DNA of 64,000 bases from a virus (IMGVR_UViG_3300042879_003909:79772-143771), one strand, 5' to 3'. Positions 36,818 through 46,380 are shown, counted from the first letter of the stretch. Numbers and translations are program-made. Notes: generated from the letters alone by a model not told the origin.

Positions 36818-37274
36818 TTTTAAAAATCATCAACTTTGCATTTTCTGGAGTGATTAGTCTTGTTTGATTGAATGGCTCTATTGAATTTTCCGGCCAACAA
36901 AACTTTTTAACATCAATAATATCTTCATTATCCCTTAAAACACCAACTATTAACTGTTTGTAAGATGGACCCTGTTCTCCAGTTTCTATCTTAATATCTC
37001 TGGATGATCCTCTCAAGATAAAAACACCATCTAGACCATCGCTATTTTCAAACATAACTGTGTGAGGAGCACCAAACATGAGTGCCTCAATTTTTATTAT
37101 AAATTTATTATTGTCTTCGCAGTATTTTTTGAGTCTGTTATAAGGATGATCGCTAACGGTAGGTCTATCATAATCAGAGTAAACTTTAGTTCCGTCGTCT
37201 AAAGTTGCCACCCATAACATTTCTAAATTTCTAATTAATGTTTTTACGTAGCTATCTATTTGTGTACAAATCAT
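36756..37274 (-). CDS. hypothetical protein
   Basis: ORF only. Confidence 0.3.
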   Translation of the reverse strand: MICTQIDSYVKTLIRNLEMLWVATLDDGTKVYSDYDRPTVSDHPYNRLKKYCEDNNKFIIKIEALMFGAPHTVMFENSDGLDGVFILRGSSRDIKIETGEQGPSYKQLIVGVLRDNEDIIDVKKFCWPENSIEPFNQTRLITPENAKLMIFKNGSRKKTRESIQVALDRRDV

Positions 37275-37618
37275 TGTTTATCAGGGTTCATTATAAAAAT
37301 AAATCTGTTGTCTTTTTTATTTGCCGCCGGTCTATTTTTTCTTTTTTCGTCAGAAATCATAGACGCAGTAGGTGTCATAATCACTGCTCCATATTTTTTA
37401 TTTCTAGATAGAGAGCTTGATATTGCACTTTCTTCTTTTACTTCTTTTGGTTCTTCTGGCTTTGTTTCTAGTTTTACTTCCGGCACATTAAATTGATCTA
37501 AGAATTGTTTAATAGATTCTTCTGTTCTTCCAGTCTTCTTAGACAAAAACTTTAAAGTTTTATTCTTGTTTTTTAAAAGAAAATCTTTGTCTGTGCTTGA
37601 CATAGGTCCACGTTTCAT
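37271..37618 (-). CDS. hypothetical basic protein
   Basis: ORF only. Confidence 0.3.
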   Translation of the reverse strand: MKRGPMSSTDKDFLLKNKNKTLKFLSKKTGRTEESIKQFLDQFNVPEVKLETKPEEPKEVKEESAISSSLSRNKKYGAVIMTPTASMISDEKRKNRPAANKKDNRFIFIMNPDKQ

Positions 37619-37905
37619 GTTCGTTGCTCCGTTAATGCTACCCGTTGAGCTTGAATAAAATATAGTTTATTTTTAGTTTTTAGATACTTAAAAAATAAAT
37701 TAAATGCAGATTCGGAAACGGTTTTTAGCTTACATAAATCTTTATCGCCCCTTTTCAATAGATATGGGCCATATGGATCATGTATCGCTCCCTTCCAGAA
37801 TATAATAAAGTAATACGTCTTGTTTTGCAACTCAATTTTTTTAGCGAGGGCACTATTTTCTTCAACTTCTTGTCCCCCAAGACCATAACAAGTTTCACTC
37901 TTCAT
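37615..37905 (-). CDS. hypothetical protein
   Basis: ORF only. Confidence 0.3.
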   Translation of the reverse strand: MKSETCYGLGGQEVEENSALAKKIELQNKTYYFIIFWKGAIHDPYGPYLLKRGDKDLCKLKTVSESAFNLFFKYLKTKNKLYFIQAQRVALTEQRT

Positions 37906-38107
37906 ATTTTAAACTCTCCAAAACTTTCTTGATCTTTTCTATGCAATTTTCTTTATTATATCCAGATATATTAAAAATCGCCTTATCTTTTATTCCAAAT
38001 TTTTCTAACTCTTCATTTGGTAATCTTTCCGGAATTAGGCTTCCGTCTTCAGATATAGGAAAAACATGTATGTTAAAAGAAATCTGAGCATGATGCGGGC
38101 TATTCAA
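37895..38107 (-). CDS. hypothetical protein
   Basis: ORF only. Confidence 0.3.
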   Translation of the reverse strand: MNSPHHAQISFNIHVFPISEDGSLIPERLPNEELEKFGIKDKAIFNISGYNKENCIEKIKKVLESLKYEE

Positions 38108-38108
38108 A

Positions 38109-38462
38109 TCAATCTCCTTCTACTATCCATTTTTGCTTTTGTTCTGGTGTCATTTTATTAATTTTACGCATTAAGTCTTTTTTATCTTTTGCTTCTTTAG
38201 AAATAATTTTATTATCTTTTCTCATTTTTTCTTCTAGGCCATATTTGCCTAGCTTTTTAGTATTTGCTTCGGCAAGCTGTCCTATAGTTTTAATTTCTTT
38301 GACTGTTGCGTGAATGCTATCTAATGAATATTCTCTATTAACTTTTTTGCTTTTACATTGATGACATTTAACTTTTTTCATATTATCATCATACTCTTGA
38401 ACTCGCCAAAACTCTACAGATATAGAGTTACACTTTTCACATTTAAAATTATACTCAGGCAT
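38109..38462 (-). CDS. FmdB-like zinc-ribbon protein
   Basis: N-terminal YNFKCEKCNS...KCHQCKS (CxxC-x~20-CxxC). Confidence 0.4.
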   Translation of the reverse strand: MPEYNFKCEKCNSISVEFWRVQEYDDNMKKVKCHQCKSKKVNREYSLDSIHATVKEIKTIGQLAEANTKKLGKYGLEEKMRKDNKIISKEAKDKKDLMRKINKMTPEQKQKWIVEGD

Positions 38463-40206
38463 CTTTTAACCTACTTAAAATTTTTGGAATCAAGCCGTTT
38501 CTGACAACATCGGTGCCATCTAATTCACAAATGGCTACCTTATCTAAATTATGTAATCTAGAAATAAATTTATCTAATCCGCCCTTAGTGTATTCTGGTA
38601 AATCACTTTGGTCAGTATCGCCATTGATAATAGCTTTTGAGTTCATGCCAATTCTAGTAATAAACATTTTTATTTGTTCAAAAGTGCAATTTTGGGCTTC
38701 GTCAAGAATCATAAAAGCATTATGGAAGTTTCTACCTCGCATGTATTCTAGTGGACAAATTTCTATTATATTGGTTGCTTTGAGATGCATCAAGGCTTCG
38801 CCTAGATATTGTTTCATTTCTTCAAGGATAGGAATCATGTACGGATTAATTTTTTCTAACATAGTGCCGGGCAAAAAGCCTAAGCCTTTTCCTGACTCAA
38901 TTACTGGTCTAGTAATAATAACTTTAGATACATCATTTCTCATTAACGCTTCGCAGGCTAATCCAGTAGCAATTGCGGTGTTATGCGTTTGAACAAATCC
39001 GTCTGTTAAATATAAATGACTATTAGAATCTATTAAAATACACTGACATTCTTTTTCTGATATTTTTTCTATTGAATCTATGTATCTTTTTAGAAAATAT
39101 TTTTCTCTTACTAATAAATTTTCTCTTTTTCTGCTTAGCTTAAATGGCACTAAGTTATTATTAAATCTTATAAAAACCCTATAGTTTTCTTTAGTTATTA
39201 TTTTTTCATTATTTTTTGTGTAATGTCCCATTCTTGCACTAATTTTTGCAAAACCGCCTAAAGATTGAACGATAGTTTGAACATCTAGTGCTAGCTGGTA
39301 AGAAGCCGTAGAAAATTCTATTGTACTGCTTCCACAATATCCATCTGTATCTAGCAAGCCAGACAATATTTCAGTTCTAACCTGTTTAGAGTTATAAATA
39401 TATTCTTTTGGTATAAATTTATTATAAGAAAGCTTATTTAAAATACCAAGTCTTTCTAGTTCTGGTTTTAAAACTAAATATCCTCCTGTAATATTATAGT
39501 CACAATTATTTTGTTTGGAGAGAGAACAAGATATTTCATTTAGTACAGGCGTAAGTAAATCTATCATTTCTTTATCATTTGTGCTAAACCTAAGCATTTG
39601 TTGGCTTAATCCGCCGTCACCAATCAAGCATCCTAGCAAGTATGGATCGATATTAACTTCCTGATGATCAAAATCAACTGCTTCTATAGCGGGCAGATAG
39701 TATTTCCTTTTGCCGGATTTTCTTTTATAAGAATTAATAATTTTTTCTAAGGGCAATGTTTTTGGAGCTTTCCAATTTTCACTACATAATGTCCATAAAT
39801 GCTCTTTACAGCATTCTACAGTTTGTCCATCTGAAAATGTTATTAAATAAACATCTTTTTTGCCTTGCGGAAAAACATTTAGTACTTTAGCTCTTTTACC
39901 ATCTTCAGTAAGAACATATGAGCCTATTTTTACATCGCCCATCGCTATTGGGCCACTAGGAGTCCATATTGTAGAATCAAGCGGCTGCGCCTTGCCGCTA
40001 CCGGCCGGGCCAATACATAAAGTAACATCGTTTTCTACAACGCTTCTAATATAATCAGCCTGATTTTTAGTTTTTGGAACTAAAGTTTTTCTTTCTTGTC
40101 TTGGGGGATCTTTCTTTGGCGTATTATCTTGTCTCTTTTTTTTCATAAGATATCCCTTAATATGATTCAGATGTTTGCGCGAATAACGCCGGATTAAGAG
40201 ATGCAT
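38455..40206 (-). CDS. phoH: PhoH-like ATPase interrupted by a 337-aa LAGLIDADG intein inserted in the Walker-A P-loop
   Basis: Exteins CIGPAGSGK / TAIATGLACEALMRNDVSKVIITRP align with PhoH GPAGTGKTYLAvAaAvdAL...RiVLTRP, followed by the DEAQN and GD..Q PhoH core. The insert runs from AQPLDSTIW to LTDGFVQTHN|T and contains LLGCLIGDGG and LSGLLDTDGY LAGLIDADG motifs. Probable start is Met21 (MKKKRQ). Confidence 0.85.
   Translation of the reverse strand: MHLLIRRYSRKHLNHIKGYLMKKKRQDNTPKKDPPRQERKTLVPKTKNQADYIRSVVENDVTLCIGPAGSGKAQPLDSTIWTPSGPIAMGDVKIGSYVLTEDGKRAKVLNVFPQGKKDVYLITFSDGQTVECCKEHLWTLCSENWKAPKTLPLEKIINSYKRKSGKRKYYLPAIEAVDFDHQEVNIDPYLLGCLIGDGGLSQQMLRFSTNDKEMIDLLTPVLNEISCSLSKQNNCDYNITGGYLVLKPELERLGILNKLSYNKFIPKEYIYNSKQVRTEILSGLLDTDGYCGSSTIEFSTASYQLALDVQTIVQSLGGFAKISARMGHYTKNNEKIITKENYRVFIRFNNNLVPFKLSRKRENLLVREKYFLKRYIDSIEKISEKECQCILIDSNSHLYLTDGFVQTHNTAIATGLACEALMRNDVSKVIITRPVIESGKGLGFLPGTMLEKINPYMIPILEEMKQYLGEALMHLKATNIIEICPLEYMRGRNFHNAFMILDEAQNCTFEQIKMFITRIGMNSKAIINGDTDQSDLPEYTKGGLDKFISRLHNLDKVAICELDGTDVVRNGLIPKILSRLKDA
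38980..39990 (-). mobile_element. intein (Ala1-type, with a double-motif LAGLIDADG homing endonuclease) within phoH
   Basis: Block A A-QPLDST (Ala in place of Cys1); block B GQTVECCKEHLW; two LAGLIDADG motifs; C-terminal block G VQTHN followed by +1 Thr, which is the Thr of the GKT P-loop. Confidence 0.75.
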
Positions 40207-41344
40207 TACTTGCCTGTATCTGAGTGTATGTTAAAAAATCATTATTATTGTTTTGATAACTAATTTCGTACTCTACTATGCTCCCATCCGCACTACCTCC
40301 TGTCTGGTTAAAAGAAATCATTTTGTTTTTATTGCCCAAGTTCCATATGAAAAACTTAGTTTGTCCGCTGGGCAATGGTATGCCAGCAACTATACAAATT
40401 CTTTCATTATGATTCGTAATAAAATCGCTATTGACTGGATCAATATCTACTTGAGGCAATCTCCGGGCCGAAATAGTAAACGAGCATGTTACGCCAACTG
40501 GAAGTGCCAGCGTTTTATGCCAATTAACCTTATCGCCCTGCTGAATTTGTCCAGTAGTTAAATAATCCATATATTCTAAAGATAAATCAATCTTTATATT
40601 TTTTATTCCAAATATTTCTTGTCCATTAAAAAAATTATTAAAATCGGTCAAAGCTTTTATAGACTCTGGTAATACGCAAAAATGATTGTATACTGATCCT
40701 CTTTTTAAAATGATAGGATCGTTAATTGGATTGTCTATTGTTAAAGAATCTAAATTAAAGCTATTTGATGCTTGTTTAGTTTTAATTTTATTACTTAAAG
40801 ATATATTTTCTGTAAAGAATCCAGACACATCTAGGTTATATGACAAGTTTGTTAGTAAGCACTTAGGCATACTAATGATATCTTGTGCCGTTCCAGAGTT
40901 TCCAGACACTTCGCCCAATAAAGATGTTTCGTCTGTAGCAACAAGAGTTAAATCATACTCTGGTATATTCTTTGCCTTAACATTATTAGCTTGACCGACA
41001 TCCCATCCATTGATGGAGGAGCCAAATATTTCTGGCTTTAAGAAAAAAGTATTAGCATAAGTTAAAGAATTTCTGGCTGTATTACATAAAAAATTAGACC
41101 CAAGTTCTGCCCAAAATATATCCTTATTAGACAAAACTCTTTCGATGGTAATCTCATTATTGGGAGGTAATCTTAAACTATCATATAGCTGTGTCTTTCC
41201 GACATTAGAAATATTAGCCATTTCCATTCCTGTATCTATTCCTATAGACTGTACCCCGGAAAGGAAATAGTTAGTGATTGAGCTATTTTTGCTTATGCTG
41301 TTTAAGAATACGGCTAAAGAGCCATAAAATATTCTATTTGCCAT
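40157..41344 (-). CDS. hypothetical N/S/T-rich protein, possibly a virion protein
   Basis: 395-aa ORF with low-complexity N/S/T composition; no motif recognised. Confidence 0.3.
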   Translation of the reverse strand: MANRIFYGSLAVFLNSISKNSSITNYFLSGVQSIGIDTGMEMANISNVGKTQLYDSLRLPPNNEITIERVLSNKDIFWAELGSNFLCNTARNSLTYANTFFLKPEIFGSSINGWDVGQANNVKAKNIPEYDLTLVATDETSLLGEVSGNSGTAQDIISMPKCLLTNLSYNLDVSGFFTENISLSNKIKTKQASNSFNLDSLTIDNPINDPIILKRGSVYNHFCVLPESIKALTDFNNFFNGQEIFGIKNIKIDLSLEYMDYLTTGQIQQGDKVNWHKTLALPVGVTCSFTISARRLPQVDIDPVNSDFITNHNERICIVAGIPLPSGQTKFFIWNLGNKNKMISFNQTGGSADGSIVEYEISYQNNNNDFLTYTQIQASNASLNPALFAQTSESY

Positions 41345-41362
41345 TGTTACTCGCGTGTTCTT

Positions 41363-43570
41363 TTAAAATAGATCGCATTTTCCGCCGCCACAGGCTATTT
41401 CTTCCTGAAGTTTTGTATTGTCCTTTTCCTCTTGTAGGAGAGTATAGTCAACCTCAACATATTCTCTTTGAAGCTCTGTCCACAGCTTATAGTTATACAC
41501 ATCTTTCATGGCATGGGTTAGTTTCTTGATATCTCCCTCAAAGTATTTGACTGCATATTTATTGCATCTTTTGATCCAGTCTGTTTTTGCCGTACCTCTG
41601 CTTCTTGATCCGTTTCCTAGTAATGCTGAGCATGCTTCCCATAGATTATCTTCCCAGAGTGTTAGTGCTGTTTCGATAAGGCCGCTAACAAATACCACTC
41701 CATCGCCGTAATGAGATAGCATCTCGCTAGGTAGATATATGGTAGTAAAAGGAGCTTGTGGGTAGTCTTTATCGCCGGTCGATGCCAATAGACTAATTCC
41801 GCAGAAAAATTCTCTATTTTCATAAATAAAATCTTCAACCTGCACCCATTCGCTGGGCTTAATATTGATCGTATTACTCACATTATGATTTAGCCAAGGC
41901 TGCGTACATAAATCTTTATTTAATCCAGACATGACCCAATTCTTTTGTGTTGACTTAACAATTTCTAATAAATTGATAGCACTAGTCTGATTTTTTGTCT
42001 TTGATCCATCCGGAACCTCTACACAAAAACTAATTACATCATCCGTATCATTTGCCGACCAAACCGATCTTTCGCAAGCTCTTGGATTCATTGTACTAAA
42101 ATATTTATATACATTTTCCATTTTATTAGCCTGAACTCTTCTGATATATCTTTTGGCATGGTGCGGATGGATGCCGCTAGCAGTACCTAAAACACATGAA
42201 GATGAACCTTCTGGTTTAACGCATGTAGTTCTAGCCGCTGGATTAATATTTATTAGTTTTGATATTTGATTGTTTGTTTCTTTTACTACCTCTGCTCCCT
42301 TTTGCTGTACTGTGGGGTCTAGGCAAACTTCAGGGTTTTCTAGCCATCCAGTGCCACTAACGCCTAATAGGGCCTCTCTAGCAAAGATTCTCTCTGATAC
42401 TTCGCCCAAATAAGGAAAGCTTGTGAAACCAGCTTGTAAAGTTCCGATTATTGCAGCAGCCTTACATGCCTCATAAAAGTCTTCTTCGGTTTTTACTTTG
42501 GCACAATTAATGGTTGATAAATTACAACCCTGCCAGCCAGAAATTCCAGTTTTTTCATCCACTGGCCACATGCCAATTTCCACACAGGGATTCACAATTA
42601 ATTCAGTCGAATCAGACCATACAAAGCCCGGTTCTCCAAATTCTTTTACGGATTTCATCAATTCTGCAAACTGTTCTTTTGTTGTAGAATCCCGCAATAG
42701 CAATGCTGAATTATTGGATCGGCCTCTTTGCGGATTATCCGTAAACCAATTACCTGTTTTTGCTTTAGCCATTTCTGCGTCATCGGGCGAAAAAACACAA
42801 ATCGTAGCGGACCTTCTCACGCCACCCGAGATAACAGCATCAGAAGCATGCATGATAATATCATATGCCTCAATAGGCTTTATTTTTCTTAAATCATCTG
42901 AACAAAATTCTGTCCGGCTAATTGAATTGTCTAGAATTTTTTTAATATTTTTTAGAGCCTTTTTTAGTGGCTCTGGGCCGGGCGCTTTGCCGACCCCGCC
43001 AGCTACGGGCGATCCAGCGGGTCTAATTTGCGTGTAATCAAAAGTTACATTATATCCCACATACTCTGCAAAAAGCTCGTCCTGATCAAAATACGAGGCA
43101 ACTAAGACGCCTACCGCATCTGACCATCCTTCGATACTATCCTCGATAACAAATTTCTTATTCTTCTCTGGCGCAACTGAAATAAGGGCCGGAAGTTTAT
43201 CTATGTGATGTTTCTGTACTGAGAACCCAGTACCACAACCACACAGCAATAAATACATACATTCTTGAAAGAATCTTAATCGGTCTACATATGAGCTAAC
43301 ACAATTATAAATCCGGGCATGCTTGTTTAAAATAGGCTCTCCGCCAAATTGGAGCGCTCTTTGGCTTCCTAATACCTTCTTCTTATACATCATATCATAC
43401 GCCCAGTCTATTTGGTCGTGTAGTTCTTGAGATGCATTGCTGTACTTCGTATGCATCATGCTTCTGACACGATCATTTGCCTCTTTCCATGTTTCTCTTC
43501 TTTTCTTTTCTGGCAAATACCTTGCATATTTTGAAGTAAAGGTATAGTCCTGTAGCGATTTCAAACTCAT
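41363..43570 (-). CDS. ribonucleotide reductase catalytic subunit (probably class II, monomeric NrdJ-like)
   Basis: 735-aa ORF with the active-site region VNPCVEIG (NPCGE-type) and Cys pairs (LLCGCGTGF); AGGAG RBS 6 nt upstream; no small-subunit gene adjacent; class assignment is an inference from length and the absence of nrdB. Confidence 0.7.
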   Translation of the reverse strand: MSLKSLQDYTFTSKYARYLPEKKRRETWKEANDRVRSMMHTKYSNASQELHDQIDWAYDMMYKKKVLGSQRALQFGGEPILNKHARIYNCVSSYVDRLRFFQECMYLLLCGCGTGFSVQKHHIDKLPALISVAPEKNKKFVIEDSIEGWSDAVGVLVASYFDQDELFAEYVGYNVTFDYTQIRPAGSPVAGGVGKAPGPEPLKKALKNIKKILDNSISRTEFCSDDLRKIKPIEAYDIIMHASDAVISGGVRRSATICVFSPDDAEMAKAKTGNWFTDNPQRGRSNNSALLLRDSTTKEQFAELMKSVKEFGEPGFVWSDSTELIVNPCVEIGMWPVDEKTGISGWQGCNLSTINCAKVKTEEDFYEACKAAAIIGTLQAGFTSFPYLGEVSERIFAREALLGVSGTGWLENPEVCLDPTVQQKGAEVVKETNNQISKLININPAARTTCVKPEGSSSCVLGTASGIHPHHAKRYIRRVQANKMENVYKYFSTMNPRACERSVWSANDTDDVISFCVEVPDGSKTKNQTSAINLLEIVKSTQKNWVMSGLNKDLCTQPWLNHNVSNTINIKPSEWVQVEDFIYENREFFCGISLLASTGDKDYPQAPFTTIYLPSEMLSHYGDGVVFVSGLIETALTLWEDNLWEACSALLGNGSRSRGTAKTDWIKRCNKYAVKYFEGDIKKLTHAMKDVYNYKLWTELQREYVEVDYTLLQEEKDNTKLQEEIACGGGKCDLF

Positions 43571-43595
43571 AGCTGCTCCTATATTTTATTGAAAG

Positions 43596-43621
43596 AAAAA
43601 GCGCTCTGACGAGCGCTTTTA
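43596..43621 (-). terminator. rho-independent terminator upstream of the RNR gene
   Basis: Hairpin GCGCTC-TGAC-GAGCGC (43601-43616) followed on the minus strand by TTTTTCTTTC. Confidence 0.6.
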
Positions 43622-43643
43622 TTGAATGTTAATTAATTAAATT

Positions 43644-43821
43644 ATTTTTTAATAATCAACTTAACTCGATCATTGATACTAACAGTGATTTCATCTTCTG
43701 TTACTTCTATAGTATCAAGAATGAATTTGATTTTGTCAACATGATCTTTAGAAAATCCCATCATTTGCAAAATTTTATCCATTACTCCGTCCATCATTCC
43801 GCCATAATTTTTTTCACTCAT
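43644..43821 (-). CDS. small hypothetical protein (59 aa; below the ORF-track cutoff)
   Basis: ATG overlapping the stop of the upstream ORF (ATGA-type junction), translating MSEKNYGGMMDGVMDKILQMMGF...KLIIKK; hand-translated. Confidence 0.3.
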
Positions 43822-44113
43822 GTTCTTTATCCATTTTTTTAATGATATAAGTGACGTTTTGGTTTAAATGGTCCAGTATAGCATTGTTCTTAGCAATGTT
43901 AACATGGACAGATTCTAGCTTGGTTTCAAAAGCATTGATTTTTGTTTCAAGAGACTGTAGTCTAATAGAAACTGAATCATTTACTTTTTGTTCCAGTAGG
44001 GACAATTTACTGCTATGATCAATAACTGTTTTTAGTAACCAAATTGTAAAAGGAATTAATATAATAGCTACAATTTGCAAAATAAAATTTATTATATCCC
44101 AGCTCCATATCAT
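43814..44113 (-). CDS. membrane-anchored coiled-coil protein
   Basis: N-terminal TM helix (IINFILQIVAIILIPFTIWLL) followed by a heptad-like region. Confidence 0.4.
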   Translation of the reverse strand: MIWSWDIINFILQIVAIILIPFTIWLLKTVIDHSSKLSLLEQKVNDSVSIRLQSLETKINAFETKLESVHVNIAKNNAILDHLNQNVTYIIKKMDKEHE

Positions 44114-44169
44114 AGTAATACCCCTTCATAAAAAGGGGGCGTTTCCGCCCCCAGATTGTGTGATCAATC

Positions 44170-44865
44170 TTACATACCGGTAATCGGTTTGTAATTGAAG
44201 AAGTTGCCACCTGCAATGGTCTTAGTTACAAAATCAACTTGCATAACGAATTCGCCCGGAACTGCTCTTGTTGGTGTTGCTGCATCATCAACAGCTTTAT
44301 CCGTTGTATTCTTGTCAGTCAAGTCAAACATGTTAACATTGGTTAGGGTTGATGGAGCAGAGCCACCCACCGTATTACGGCTACCGCTGGTGAGCCATAG
44401 TCTACGAGACTTGATTTTATTGCCATTATCCAAGGTGCCAGTCCATGTGAATAGATTAGCTCTCCATGCTGTCAATAGTCTAGCGCCAAATCCATGAACA
44501 AAATCCAAGATTGGCTTTCTTCTTGATCCTTGGCTCATGAATAGCAAATTAGTTTTCGCTACGCCAGCTAGGCTAGTAGCAATTCTACTGATTACCCATG
44601 TTCTATTTTTTGCTGCATTATAAGCAAAAGCACCGCCAGACAAGATTTTTCTAGCGTTGTAGGTTCTACCAGTAGCGGTTATTTCTTTTGGACTTGCGTC
44701 GTAGCCAAAAAGAGCATTGTCTTCGAGGGCGTCTACTAGGCTAAAAGCCTTGGTGATAACGGCATTTGTTGTGCCATTACCCAGAATTACACCGCCGTAA
44801 GTTTGTTTAACAAATGTAGCATTAGCTGTGGTCTTTAAATGACCTCTTTTGCCGGGAACTGCCAT
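44170..44865 (-). CDS. putative abundant structural (virion) protein
   Basis: G/A/T/N-rich 231-aa protein with C-ending 'optimal' codons (ttc, aac, acc, ggc) and locally higher GC; a T4-late-promoter-like TATAAATT lies ~45 nt upstream on the coding strand. Confidence 0.4.
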   Translation of the reverse strand: MAVPGKRGHLKTTANATFVKQTYGGVILGNGTTNAVITKAFSLVDALEDNALFGYDASPKEITATGRTYNARKILSGGAFAYNAAKNRTWVISRIATSLAGVAKTNLLFMSQGSRRKPILDFVHGFGARLLTAWRANLFTWTGTLDNGNKIKSRRLWLTSGSRNTVGGSAPSTLTNVNMFDLTDKNTTDKAVDDAATPTRAVPGEFVMQVDFVTKTIAGGNFFNYKPITGM

Positions 44866-44946
44866 GATAATATCTCCAAATAGATATTCTATCCTAAATT
44901 ATCCTAAAAATTTATATCCTGTTATCCAAGTATAAATACACAAATA

Positions 44947-45411
44947 TTAGGAAGTAATTTGATAGTAGGAGGCTATTTTCTGCTTGATTTTATTTAGCCT
45001 ATTTTTCATAGATTGTCGGGATATATTATTCTTGTCTGCAATTTCTTGCACGGAATAATTATATATGTATTTTTGTTCAAATAGCTCTTTTTCCGGCTGG
45101 GTTAGGCAATCTAGCATATCTATGATTCCTGTATACTGCCTAGAATCAGCCACATCTTTCATTGGCTTAATGGCCTTAATTTTTTGTGATCTAATGTATA
45201 AAAGGATTTTAAACTTTAGACAATTACCAAGAAAAGTCGTAAACTTCATTTTGCTGGGATGATTGGGATCGTATTTTTCACAAGCTTCCCAAGCAGCCTC
45301 TAGTTTAAATGATTTAATTTCATCTTTACTAATGAATGCTTTATACCGTTTTGCAATAGAGGTCATTATACTAACACAATCTTCATCTTTCAATACTTCT
45401 TCAAATTTCAT
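44947..45411 (-). CDS. sigma-70-family-like transcription factor (regions 2 and 4)
   Basis: FTTFLGNCLKFKILLYIR (region-2-like) and LTQPEKELFEQKYIYNYSVQEIADKNNISRQSMKNRLNKIKQKI (region-4 HTH-like). Confidence 0.45.
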   Translation of the reverse strand: MKFEEVLKDEDCVSIMTSIAKRYKAFISKDEIKSFKLEAAWEACEKYDPNHPSKMKFTTFLGNCLKFKILLYIRSQKIKAIKPMKDVADSRQYTGIIDMLDCLTQPEKELFEQKYIYNYSVQEIADKNNISRQSMKNRLNKIKQKIASYYQITS

Positions 45412-45413
45412 TT

Positions 45414-46067
45414 TTATTCCTCGTTTTTACCTTTTAATAAATAGCCGCCATGATCTTTTTTAATTTTCTCGAAAGAAAATGTATTCAATTCAAAATCTTC
45501 TAGTGAGTCTGTGTGATAAGAATAAATGTTATTATTGGAATCTACAAAAATAGACCAATATTTATTTACATTTATATTTTGTTTAATCTTTTCTACCTCC
45601 TCCAAAATATCGTCTGGTAAATTTTCAATTAGCTCCTCCTCCTTCGCAGAACACAATAATCTTCCTATCTCGGCTGCAACATGCTTAAAGTTAAACATCT
45701 TTCCTACGCCAATACAAAAAGAATATCTATCCATGATTTTTATAGCAGATATGCCCTCTACATTTACCAAAAGCGAGACTATATCTGTAGTTAGTCTAAA
45801 ATTAGTGTGGGCTATCCAGCAATCCCATCTTTGAGCCGGGCGAAAATAGCTTTCTGGATCATAATTTCCAAAAGGTGTTGTAACAAAAGATGGGTTCATT
45901 TGAGGAAAAGCAATTAATTCTTGTTTATCTAATGACAAGGAATCGTCGTCTTCGTCAGAAACAAGCTCAATCTTGTTTTTATTTTTGTGTTTTTGACAAA
46001 GCTCATCTTCCACAACATTCCAGCTTTCCCAACTAATCTTATTCATCGCTATCTCCATTGTCATCAA
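45414..46067 (-). CDS. hypothetical protein
   Basis: ORF only. Confidence 0.3.
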   Translation of the reverse strand: MMTMEIAMNKISWESWNVVEDELCQKHKNKNKIELVSDEDDDSLSLDKQELIAFPQMNPSFVTTPFGNYDPESYFRPAQRWDCWIAHTNFRLTTDIVSLLVNVEGISAIKIMDRYSFCIGVGKMFNFKHVAAEIGRLLCSAKEEELIENLPDDILEEVEKIKQNINVNKYWSIFVDSNNNIYSYHTDSLEDFELNTFSFEKIKKDHGGYLLKGKNEE

Positions 46068-46380
46068 ATAAAGGAGAAATATAATCCCTATTGCCCGGAT
46101 TAATTTCTGTACTTAATTCTATTACCTGCATAATCTCACTAATTTTACTTGCATCATCTGGATTATTTTCTATGTATTCTAAATAAGCTGATTGTAAGCT
46201 TTGCATGATGATTTGAGTATATTTTATTGCCATTAGTAGCTGTGCCAGCGTGACCACATCATCGTCATCCCTCCAGCCGAAGTCGTGCATTACGTTATCA
46301 TCTTCGTCGATATAAAATAGAGACCAGCATTTAGTCTTATCGAATCGACGGCTGTCCGAACTTGAAGAAGAGTTCTCCAT
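46039..46380 (-). CDS. hypothetical acidic protein
   Basis: ORF only. Confidence 0.3.
   Translation of the reverse strand: MENSSSSSDSRRFDKTKCWSLFYIDEDDNVMHDFGWRDDDDVVTLAQLLMAIKYTQIIMQSLQSAYLEYIENNPDDASKISEIMQVIELSTEINPGNRDYISPLFDDNGDSDE

Noticed and set aside
38513-38992. Plus-strand 159-aa ORF antisense to phoH, plus similar antisense ORFs at 42498-43037 (in RNR), 44195-44497, 22465-22923 and 24117-24962
   Set aside because: All sit opposite well-supported conserved genes on the other strand in relatively GC-richer stretches; no RBS or conserved motifs. Treated as frame shadows.
41363-43570. Possible intein in the ribonucleotide reductase, helicase or recA-like genes (common intein hosts)
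   Set aside because: Read the translations for Hint blocks (C/S/A-x-x-D-T ... T-x-x-H ... H-N-[STC]) and LAGLIDADG motifs; none found. Lengths (735, 494 and 380 aa) are normal for intein-free proteins.
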